From an uncultured Alphaproteobacteria bacterium (GTDB taxonomy: Bacteria > Pseudomonadota > Alphaproteobacteria > RF32 > CAG-239): a stretch of DNA of 64,000 nucleotides. Position numbers and translations under genes: made by a program. This document shows, in pieces, positions 11,910 to 19,727 of the stretch. The DNA lies in NCBI GenBank assembly GCA_934254675.1, contig CAKQLP010000002.1:96596-160595 (forward strand), in the 5' to 3' direction. Within the stretch, counting starts at the first letter, position 1. Every line of letters starts with the position of its first letter. The notes below the pieces were generated by a model, which had not been told where the DNA came from, made no database searches, and was given only the letters and a program-made list of their open reading frames with translations.

Positions 11910-11937
11910 AAAGGCGGGATATGACATCCCGCCTTTT
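11910..11937. terminator. bidirectional intrinsic terminator between gyrA and pilin-like gene 1
   Basis: AAAGGCGGGAT / ATCCCGCCTTT hairpin with A-run upstream and T-run downstream. Confidence 0.8.
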
Positions 11938-11949
11938 AATAATGTAAAT

Positions 11950-13041
11950 TTAATCCTTTCTAGGAACTTTAATATCCGCAAGTAAATCAAAACCGACATA
12001 CATTTGTCCGGTGCCAAAGCTATCTGCGGCGGAACTTTCACAGTATTTTGCGGCAGCCGCGGGGGAAACAGGTTTGAAACGCTGTTCTTTTGTTTCTATG
12101 CAATAATATTCTTGATCATCATTTTCATCGCAATTATAATCACCAACATCACTAGCATTAGCATATACAAATAGAACCCAAAATCCTAAAGTAGTTGGGT
12201 CGGCATCTTTTATCACAATTCCTTTCATATCAGCGTTTCGCCAATCATAAGTTAAAAGAGGTACGCATAAATTTTGGGGTACAAGAACACCGATAGATAA
12301 TGCAGAAAAACCACCTTCTTCATATTCTTCAGTGTATCCAAAGGGGTTGATAAGGGTTAAAGGAGAAGATAAACCAATCCTCTTTTCTCCTTCTAATTCA
12401 AAAATGTATTCTTGCGGTAAAAGCCCCATGTCTTGAATTTGATTATCAGCTCCTATTAGCCCTCCATCGAAAACATCATAAGCTTTTTGGCTGATATAAG
12501 CTGTTCGGATAGTGGCAGAAATATCGGAAATCATATTGACAATTTTATTGATATGAATTTTTTCCATGGCTTTAGTATAGCCGGCAATACCGCCAACGCT
12601 CAACACCCCGATGATGGCCAGAACGCCGAGCATTTCAATCATACTTCGCCCAATCGGGTTTGTCTGTCTGGTCACTGCTTGCGCTTTTCTCACTCGTGTA
12701 CCGCTTTGTACACGTCGTTCCAAAAGTGCGGCGCATTGACGCACAACATCCAAGCCCTTAGTGAAATTCTTCCTATTGTCATACTCGGGCTTGTCCCGAG
12801 TATCCACCATCAAGTCCATGTCATATTTAGGCTTAAAACACATCCTTCTCCTATTGTCATACTCGGGCTTGTCCCGAGTATCCATAGGAGTGTGTTCCGT
12901 ATTGATTCTCGGAATAAATCCGAGAATGACGTTTGTAAGGTGTTTTGTATGGATTCTCGGAATAAATCCGAGAATGACATTTAAAGTGTGTCCGAAAATG
13001 ACGGAGAATAGGGTATTCTGTTCATCCTTAAATTTTTTCAA
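11950..13041 (-). CDS. type IV pilin-like paralog 1, out of frame with its upstream SD/ATG at 13142 because of a (CT)7 tract
   Basis: Contains G-RSMIE-MLGVLAIIGVLSVGGIAGY (Gly at -1, Glu at +5, hydrophobic helix), then a divergent Cys-containing domain. The frame is open for 131 codons upstream of the Gly and is built of palindromic modules. Confidence 0.75.
   Translation of the reverse strand: MKKFKDEQNTLFSVIFGHTLNVILGFIPRIHTKHLTNVILGFIPRINTEHTPMDTRDKPEYDNRRRMCFKPKYDMDLMVDTRDKPEYDNRKNFTKGLDVVRQCAALLERRVQSGTRVRKAQAVTRQTNPIGRSMIEMLGVLAIIGVLSVGGIAGYTKAMEKIHINKIVNMISDISATIRTAYISQKAYDVFDGGLIGADNQIQDMGLLPQEYIFELEGEKRIGLSSPLTLINPFGYTEEYEEGGFSALSIGVLVPQNLCVPLLTYDWRNADMKGIVIKDADPTTLGFWVLFVYANASDVGDYNCDENDDQEYYCIETKEQRFKPVSPAAAAKYCESSAADSFGTGQMYVGFDLLADIKVPRKD
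12695..12975. repeat. cluster of 5 palindromic modules inside the leader of pilin-like gene 1
   Basis: CGTGTAC-N6-GTACACG (12695-12714). ATACTCGGG-CTTGT-CCCGAGTAT at 12781-12803 and 12859-12881. ATTCTCGGA-ATAAA-TCCGAGAAT at 12905-12927 and 12953-12975. Confidence 0.9.
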
Positions 13042-13156
13042 AAAGTGGCAAAAACCGCGTGTAGAAGCTTTAAAACGCTCTGAAATCGAATGTTTAGGAT
13101 TTACAGAGAGAGAGAGAGACCTTTTGATTGCTTATTTTTCATCTTTCTTTCCTCTT
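12998..13156 (-). other. conserved 5' expression cassette (SD AAGAGG, ATG 13142, (CT)7 13105-13118), copy 1 of 3
   Basis: About 150 nt nearly identical to 15053-15209 and 31596-31751. Confidence 0.85.
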
Positions 13157-13313
13157 AAATTTGATTAAAATTTAACTCTAATTTTAGAAAAAATATCTTA
13201 AAATAAAGTTAAATGTTACTTAGAATAGAGGAGTGTTTCATATATATAAATACCTTGCTATTTGGATGTATGTTGTTTAAAAATGATGAAAAATGATAAT
13301 TAAAGAGGATTAA

Positions 13314-14045
13314 ATGATTACCCAATTTTCAAGAACGGAATTGTTGATTGGCGCAGAATATGTTGAAAAACTTAAACATTCGCGCGTGGCTGTGTTCGGA
13401 CTTGGCGGCGTCGGCGGCTATGTGGCGGAAGCATTGGCTCGAGTCGGTGTCGGCGCGCTTGATTTAGTGGATAATGACAAGGTGAGTTTGAGCAATATAA
13501 ACAGGCAGATTTTGGCTTTGCATTCAACTATCGGCATGCCTAAAACAGAGGCGGCGAAACAACGTTTATTGGATATAAATCCTGATTTGAAAATTGTTTG
13601 TCATAATTGTTTTTATTTGCCTGAAAACGCTGATGATTTTGATTTTAAGCAATATGATTATGTGGCCGATGCAATTGACACGATTGCCGGAAAAATTGCT
13701 TTAGTACAGCGGGCGACGGAAGCAAATACGCCGATTATTTGCGCCATGGGCGCTGGTAATAAGCTGAATGCCTGTGGTTTTAAAATTGCGGATATCAGTA
13801 AAACGTCCGTGTGTCCGTTAGCAAAGGTAATGCGACGGGAATTACGTAAACGCGGTATAAATCATTTTAAGGCGGTGTATTCAGAAGAACCGGCTTTGAC
13901 CCCGTTAGGTGCGGCGGAAGACAGCAATAAACGGCAAACACCGGGGAGTATATCTTATGTGCCGGCTGTGGCGGGGTTATTGATGGCTGGCGAAATTATC
14001 AAGGATTTATTGACCCAAAATTCAAAAGAAGCGGCTGATTTATAA
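13314..14045 (+). CDS. tcdA: tRNA threonylcarbamoyladenosine dehydratase (ThiF/MoeB-fold, TcdA/CsdL-like)
   Basis: GLGGVGGYVAEALARVGVGALDLVDNDKVSLSNINRQ Rossmann/E1-like motif. 243 aa with overall TcdA layout. Confidence 0.85.
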   Translation: MITQFSRTELLIGAEYVEKLKHSRVAVFGLGGVGGYVAEALARVGVGALDLVDNDKVSLSNINRQILALHSTIGMPKTEAAKQRLLDINPDLKIVCHNCFYLPENADDFDFKQYDYVADAIDTIAGKIALVQRATEANTPIICAMGAGNKLNACGFKIADISKTSVCPLAKVMRRELRKRGINHFKAVYSEEPALTPLGAAEDSNKRQTPGSISYVPAVAGLLMAGEIIKDLLTQNSKEAADL

Positions 14046-14071
14046 AGGAGACATATTAGTTGTTTAGGTTG

Positions 14072-14117
14072 TTCTGCTATGGTGTAAATGTGAATTTAGC
14101 ATAGCAGAATTGTTTTT
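14072..14117 (+). terminator. intrinsic terminator after tcdA
   Basis: TTCTGCTATG / CATAGCAGAA 10-bp stem followed by TTGTTTTT. Confidence 0.7.
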
Positions 14118-14275
14118 ATTCGCCCAGCTGATAATTAGTTCTATTGTTTTAAAATGTAACTTTTGTATAAAGTAAGAAAGTTCTTTTAAATGAATTTATG
14201 GGCATCAGTAAAAAACGGATGCCCATATTTGTATATATAAAATGCCTTATTTATATGTTTCAAGATAATATTTTG

Positions 14276-15094
14276 TTATTTGGGAATATACATTCCAAAT
14301 ATACAATCTCCATCTTCGCAAGTAGAACAAGCTAAAGCTGTATCGGCAGGTGAAAATGGAATTTGTTTAATTTTTGAATTATTCTTAATAATCCAATTAC
14401 AATTAGTAAAATCGGGGGAGCAATAGGCTAAAGAGTTTGTTTCATCTGCAAAGTTTTCTAGCATTACCAATAATGGATTGAATGTTCGCCAATCAGATTG
14501 AGCTAACGCCATGCAGGATTCTTTTGAAGTTAAAAATAAGCCTAGCAAGAAAAAGTTTTCATCCATTGACAGGTTATCTTGAGCATTTCCAATAATAATA
14601 TCATTTCCAAAAGCGTCAAAAGCACTTAGTCTATCAGAGGCAATCATTTCATCAGGAATGATACCCATTTGAATAGCGGTTTCTGTGCTAAGGTTGTTAA
14701 AATCTTTCTGCTGGATGTAAAGTGTTTGGATATTATTTATTATCGTTGAAAATTGAGAAAGGACAGTGTTTGTTTTAAATTTAGTCATGGCTTTTGAGTA
14801 GCCGGCAATACCACCGACGCTCAACACACCGATGATGGCGAGGACGCCTAGCATTTCAATCATACTTCTGCCGCACTGCACGCCATCTGCTAGGAATTTT
14901 TGCGCTCGTGTACCTCTTTTGTACACGTCGCTTAAAAATCCCGTCGCATCTGGTGTACATTGTGGCAGAAGGTTGTTATTGTCATACTCGGGCGTGACCC
15001 GAGTATCCACAGAAGAGTGTTCCGCATGGATTCTCGGAATAAATCCGAGAATGACGGAGAATAGGGTATTCCGTTCCGACTCAAATTTTTTCAA
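14276..15094 (-). CDS. type IV pilin-like paralog 2, out of frame with its upstream SD/ATG at 15195 because of a (CT)7 tract
   Basis: QCG-RSMIEMLGVLAIIGVLSVGGIAGY motif and a divergent Cys-rich C-terminal domain. The leader carries palindromic modules. Confidence 0.75.
   Translation of the reverse strand: MKKFESERNTLFSVILGFIPRIHAEHSSVDTRVTPEYDNNNLLPQCTPDATGFLSDVYKRGTRAQKFLADGVQCGRSMIEMLGVLAIIGVLSVGGIAGYSKAMTKFKTNTVLSQFSTIINNIQTLYIQQKDFNNLSTETAIQMGIIPDEMIASDRLSAFDAFGNDIIIGNAQDNLSMDENFFLLGLFLTSKESCMALAQSDWRTFNPLLVMLENFADETNSLAYCSPDFTNCNWIIKNNSKIKQIPFSPADTALACSTCEDGDCIFGMYIPK
14907..15052. repeat. 3 palindromic modules in the leader of pilin-like gene 2
   Basis: CGTGTAC-N7-GTACACG (14907-14927), ATACTCGGG-CGTGA-CCCGAGTAT (14984-15006), ATTCTCGGA-ATAAA-TCCGAGAAT (15030-15052). 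Confidence 0.9.
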
Positions 15095-15209
15095 AAAGTG
15101 GCAAAAACCGCGTGTAGAAGCTTTAAAACGCCCTGAAATCGAATGTTTAGGATTTACAGAGAGAGAGAGAGGCCTTTGCTAAGCTTATTTTTCATCTTTC
15201 TTTCCTCTT
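15053..15209 (-). other. conserved 5' expression cassette (SD 15204-15209, ATG 15195, (CT)7 15158-15171), copy 2 of 3
   Basis: Nearly identical to 12998-13156 and 31596-31751. Confidence 0.85.
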
Positions 15210-15443
15210 AAAATAAATTGAAACTCTATTAAGTATTGTCAAAAATAGTAAAAATATATTTAAGATATATGTATGTAAAAATATTTCTTGCATAATAGAC
15301 GAAAACAACATACAATAAAGTCGTATTAAATAAGTATTATGGAAAAAATTATGGCAATTATCTGTGCTGTTTTCAAATCTTTCTAAGGAAGAAATGTCCA
15401 TTATGCTTATATTGAATGTTTAACTCCTTAATTTTTTCAAGAT

Positions 15444-15782
15444 ATGAATAGAGCTGTGATTTTGGGTGTTGTTTCTTTCTTTGTGCTTATGTACATTGGT
15501 GCCAAGTTTAATAACGCATTGCCTATTGATTTGGATGGAAATCAGGAAAACGTCGAATATCTGTTCGGGGCTTTCTTTTCTGCTCTAAGTCTTATTATAG
15601 CGACGTTCCAGCGTCACTACAATAAAAAGTTTATGGCGCTTGCGTTAGTGGTATATTTTATTTATCCGGCATTGTGCGGCTTAGAAACTATTGTTGCGGC
15701 AGTAGTTTTTTGCATTCTCGGCTTTGTCGTGATGAATAAAACAGTCGTAAGAAATCTGAAATATGATTTGGAACACCCATAA
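15444..15782 (+). CDS. small integral membrane protein (about 3 TM segments)
   Basis: ORF with three hydrophobic stretches. No family recognised. Confidence 0.5.
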   Translation: MNRAVILGVVSFFVLMYIGAKFNNALPIDLDGNQENVEYLFGAFFSALSLIIATFQRHYNKKFMALALVVYFIYPALCGLETIVAAVVFCILGFVVMNKTVVRNLKYDLEHP

Positions 15783-15910
15783 AAAAACATCGTTGTCTTG
15801 TATAAAGGCAACGATGTTTTTTTATGTTGAAATGTGTATAACCATAGGTAACTTTTTGAAAAAATCATCTTTTATTATATAATGCTAAAAGTTTAATTAG
15901 GACTGTACAG

Positions 15911-17074
15911 GTGAAAAGTATGGAAAATCAAGATAATAATAAAAAAATAGTCGTGTTGCAGGTTTTGCCGGAATTGGGGCAGGGCGGTGTGGAACTCGGA
16001 ACAATTGAGATTGCATCGGAATTGCAAAAACGCGGTATTGAAAATTATGTGGCGTCGGAAGGCGGACGAATGGAATATAATTTAGAACGCCTTAAAGTGA
16101 AACACTTTACTTTGCCTTTGAAAACGAAAAATATTTTTAAAATGTATTTAAATTCGTTGCGTTTAGCTAAAATTATTAAAAAATATGGGATTACAATTGT
16201 TCATGCCCGTTCTCGCGCGCCAGCATGGAGCGCATATTGGGCGGCAAAGCGTTGCGGTGTGCATTTTGTCACCACTTTTCACGGAACATATGGTTTGGGA
16301 CCATGGGGAATTAAAAAATTTTATAACAAAATTATGACTTATGGCGAACGAGTTATTGCTATTTCAAACCATATTAAGCAACATATTTTGAAAAATTATA
16401 AAACGGATGAAAATAAAATCCGCTTAATTCATCGTTGTGTCAATATGGAAAATTTTAATGTTGAAACCACATCGGCCGAAAGGATGATTAAATATTTGGA
16501 AGACAACAATATTCCAGAAGACAAACCGATTGTTACGCTTATTGGACGTTTGACCAATTGGAAGGGACAAAAACTTTTAATCGAAGCGCTTCATTTAATT
16601 GATGACGAAGACTTTTTTTGTGTGATGATTGGTGATGATCAGGGACGTAAAAAATATTCGGCGGAATTGCGCAAAATGATTGCTAAATATAATATGACCG
16701 AGCGTTTTTTATTTATTCGCAATGTAAAGGATATTCCGGCGGCAATGATGGTTTCTGACGTGGTGCTTTCAACCTCAATTGAACCTGAGGCGTTTGGTCG
16801 CATTGCCATTGAGGGACAAGCCATGGGGCGCGTTGTGGTTGCATCAAATATCGGTGGTTCGGTTGAAACGGTGATTGACGGCGTGACCGGTCGTCTTTAT
16901 GAAAGCACAAGTCCAAAGGCTTTGGCCGAAGCTATTAAATGGGCTTTGCATCTTTCAACAGAAGAAAGAGAAAAAATCGGCGCTGCCGGTATAAAAAATG
17001 TAAAAGAACATTTTACAAAACAAATTATGTGTGATAAAACGATAGAGGTTTATAAAGAATTGATAAACTTATAG
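15911..17074 (+). CDS. glycosyltransferase family 4 (GT-B, GT1-type)
   Basis: N-terminal GGVE motif, C-terminal E-x7-E region (EPEAFGRIAIEGQAMG). Confidence 0.85.
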   Translation: MKSMENQDNNKKIVVLQVLPELGQGGVELGTIEIASELQKRGIENYVASEGGRMEYNLERLKVKHFTLPLKTKNIFKMYLNSLRLAKIIKKYGITIVHARSRAPAWSAYWAAKRCGVHFVTTFHGTYGLGPWGIKKFYNKIMTYGERVIAISNHIKQHILKNYKTDENKIRLIHRCVNMENFNVETTSAERMIKYLEDNNIPEDKPIVTLIGRLTNWKGQKLLIEALHLIDDEDFFCVMIGDDQGRKKYSAELRKMIAKYNMTERFLFIRNVKDIPAAMMVSDVVLSTSIEPEAFGRIAIEGQAMGRVVVASNIGGSVETVIDGVTGRLYESTSPKALAEAIKWALHLSTEEREKIGAAGIKNVKEHFTKQIMCDKTIEVYKELINL

Positions 17075-17107
17075 TGAACTTTACTTAATAGTGAAAAGGT
17101 AGAAAAA

Positions 17108-19039
17108 ATGGTTAAAATTAAATTGCCTGATGGCAGTATCTTAGAAGAAAAAGATGGTGTTTCCGGATTGGAAATTGCCAATAAAATCAGCTCTAGTTTA
17201 GGAAAAGCGGCTTTAGCTGTTTCCGTTAACGGTACATTACAAGATTTGACAACCCCCATAACAACCGATTCTACAGTCACTATTATTACCGCTAAAGACA
17301 AAGAGGGTTTGCAAATTTTACGCCACTCTTGTTCTCATGTGATGGCTCAAGCGGTTAAGGAATTATGGCCTGATGCTCAAGTAACAATTGGTCCGGCTAT
17401 TGAAAACGGTTTTTATTATGATTTTTCATGCAAAGAAAACTTTACAACTGAAGATTTTGCTAAAATTGAAGCAAAAATGCATGAAATTGTAAAACGTGAT
17501 GAAAAAATTGAACGTGTTGTGATGTCTCGTGACGAAGCTATTGAGTTTTTTAAAAATTTGGGCGAGCATTATAAGGTGCAGATTATTGAAGATTTACCGG
17601 AAAACGAGACAATTACATTGTATCGTCAAGGAAATTACACAGATTTATGCCGTGGTCCTCATGTGCCGTCTACTTGCAAAATTGGTGATGCTTTCAAAAT
17701 TACCAAAGTTGCCGGAGCTTATTGGAGAGGAGACTCTAATAATGAAATGTTACAGCGTTTGTATGCAACAGCATGGCCAACAAAAAAAGAATTGGACAGT
17801 TATTTAAATATGCTTGAAGAAGCGGCAAAACGCGATCATCGAAAATTGGGTAAAGAAATGGATTTGTTCCATTTTGAACCGGAATACGCTCCGGGTGCTG
17901 TTTTTTGGCATGACAAAGGTTATCGCGTTTATCGCAAATTGATTGAGTATATGCGCAATCGTCAAGAACATAACGGCTATGAAGAAATTTCTACTCCGCG
18001 CATTATGGACAAGTGCTTATGGGTTACCTCTGGACACTGGGATAAATATGGCGCGCACAACTATTCTGGCAAAACCGAAGATGGTAAGGAATTTTGTGTT
18101 AAACCAATGAACTGCCCAGGTGGATTGCTTGTTTATAAACAAGGTGTTAAATCTTATCGTGATTTGCCATTGCGTATGGCCGAATTTGGTAAAGTTAACC
18201 GCTATGAAGCTTCTGGCTCTTTAATGGGGTTGATGCGCGTACGCGAATTTACGCAAGATGATGCGCATATTTTCTGCACGCCTGAACAAATGGAAGATGA
18301 ATGCATCCGCACAATGAAACTGATTTTTGATATTTATAAGGATTTTGGCTTTGATAATATCAAAATTTATCTTTCAACACGTCCAGACAGCATTTATCGT
18401 ATTGGTTCTGATGAAATTTGGGATTTGTGTGAAAATTCTTTGGCTCACGCTTTGGATAAACATGGTTACAAATATGAAATTAATGCCGGCGAGGGCGCTT
18501 TTTATGGTCCTAAATTGGAATTTATTTTGCGTGATGCCATTGGTCGTGAATGGCAATGCGGTACAATTCAGGTTGATATGAACTTGCCGCAACGGTTTGA
18601 TATTTCTTATATCGGCGAAGATGGTGAAAAACATCAACCGGTGATGTTGCATCGTGCGTTGTTTGGCTCTATTGAACGTTTCTTGGGAATTTTAATTGAA
18701 CACCATGCCGGAAAATTACCTTTGTGGTTGTCTCCGGAACAGGTTGTGGTGGCGCCTATTGTCAGTGATTTTGATGATTACGCCAAAGAAGTTGCCGATG
18801 TTTTATCTAAGGCTGGGTTATCTGTTAAAACGGATTTGCGTAATGAAAAAATCAATTATAAAGTTCGTGAACACTCTTTAGAAAAAATTCCGGTAATTGC
18901 TGTTGTCGGTGCTAAAGAAAAAGAAAACCGCACAGTGACAGTTCGACGTTTAGGCTCAGAAAAACAAGAAGTTATGTCATTGGATGATTTTGTTGCTCAG
19001 TTGCAAAAAGAAGCGGAAATGCCGCATCGTTTTGAATAA
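17108..19039 (+). CDS. thrS: threonyl-tRNA synthetase
   Basis: 643 aa. TGS domain, second additional domain (HSCSHVMA), class II motifs (FRVREFTQDDAHIF, GEGAFYGPKLEF). Confidence 0.97.
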   Translation: MVKIKLPDGSILEEKDGVSGLEIANKISSSLGKAALAVSVNGTLQDLTTPITTDSTVTIITAKDKEGLQILRHSCSHVMAQAVKELWPDAQVTIGPAIENGFYYDFSCKENFTTEDFAKIEAKMHEIVKRDEKIERVVMSRDEAIEFFKNLGEHYKVQIIEDLPENETITLYRQGNYTDLCRGPHVPSTCKIGDAFKITKVAGAYWRGDSNNEMLQRLYATAWPTKKELDSYLNMLEEAAKRDHRKLGKEMDLFHFEPEYAPGAVFWHDKGYRVYRKLIEYMRNRQEHNGYEEISTPRIMDKCLWVTSGHWDKYGAHNYSGKTEDGKEFCVKPMNCPGGLLVYKQGVKSYRDLPLRMAEFGKVNRYEASGSLMGLMRVREFTQDDAHIFCTPEQMEDECIRTMKLIFDIYKDFGFDNIKIYLSTRPDSIYRIGSDEIWDLCENSLAHALDKHGYKYEINAGEGAFYGPKLEFILRDAIGREWQCGTIQVDMNLPQRFDISYIGEDGEKHQPVMLHRALFGSIERFLGILIEHHAGKLPLWLSPEQVVVAPIVSDFDDYAKEVADVLSKAGLSVKTDLRNEKINYKVREHSLEKIPVIAVVGAKEKENRTVTVRRLGSEKQEVMSLDDFVAQLQKEAEMPHRFE

Positions 19040-19071
19040 TTCAGAGTGGTGTAAATCATTGGCTAAAAGAG

Positions 19072-19101
19072 CGAGGGTAACAGATTTTACCCTCGTTTTT
19101 T
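19072..19101 (+). terminator. intrinsic terminator after thrS
   Basis: CGAGGGTAA / TTACCCTCG stem followed by TTTTTT. Confidence 0.85.
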
Positions 19102-19190
19102 ATGGATAAAGCGTTTGACAAAAAATATTCTTTGTGTTAAACAATAATTACATAATGTAATTATTGTTAAACTATTAAAAATAAACATAT

Positions 19191-19613
19191 ATGGTTAGAT
19201 TTATTGTTGTAAATGCTGAATGTGTTGAAGCAAAAGCTTTTTGCATTGCTGTTGAGAGTTGTGAAAACTATGAAGTGGCACTGAAAGTTGATTCCAGCTA
19301 TTATTCAGAACTAGATAGCTGCAATACAGTAACAGAGGCTTTGGAATTGACGAAACCGTCTATGGTGGTTGATTTCAGTGTTGAACCTGCTGAAATAGGG
19401 GCGAATATGTATGCTTATGTGCTTGCCGGCGTACCTGCTGTCTTTCCAAGGGAAGAAGGGTTTTATGATGAAGCCGAAAGGGTTTTGATGGCTAAAAGCA
19501 TTGCTGATTGTCGTGGTTTGAGCACGATGGCTTTGCAAATGATTAATTCTTATATAAAAGATAGAATTACATTTGTGCAAAATTTTATGCAGTACAAGGA
19601 GTATTATATGTAA
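19191..19613 (+). CDS. hypothetical protein (140 aa)
   Basis: ORF only. Faint layout resemblance to the N-terminal half of DapB but lacks a GxxGxxG motif. Confidence 0.45.
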   Translation: MVRFIVVNAECVEAKAFCIAVESCENYEVALKVDSSYYSELDSCNTVTEALELTKPSMVVDFSVEPAEIGANMYAYVLAGVPAVFPREEGFYDEAERVLMAKSIADCRGLSTMALQMINSYIKDRITFVQNFMQYKEYYM

Positions 19614-19681
19614 TATCCTAACGGTGCTACAACTAACAATTTGATCGAAAGAGAGGTGTAAAAGCTTCTCTTTTTTTATAC

Positions 19682-19709
19682 AAAAAAAGCCCGCTCAATG
19701 GAGCGGACT
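19682..19709 (-). terminator. intrinsic terminator after ldh
   Basis: On the minus strand, AGTCCGCTC / GAGCGGGCT hairpin followed by TTTTTTT. Confidence 0.75.
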
Positions 19710-19727
19710 TTGAAAAATTAAATAAAG

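Noticed and set aside
12695-12975. Possibility that the clustered palindromic repeats are a CRISPR array
   Set aside because: The repeats are of several sequence types, occur in both orientations, have irregular spacing of 20-60 nt, lie inside long ORFs, and have no cas genes nearby.
12487-13168. Plus-strand ORFs (165 aa, 135 aa) antisense to pilin-like gene 1, with analogous ORFs at 14832-15182, 31139-31444 and 42962-43198
   Set aside because: Palindromic modules are open in both strands and generate mirror ORFs (ILGINPRMT etc.). They have no SD or start context and sit antisense to the better-supported genes.
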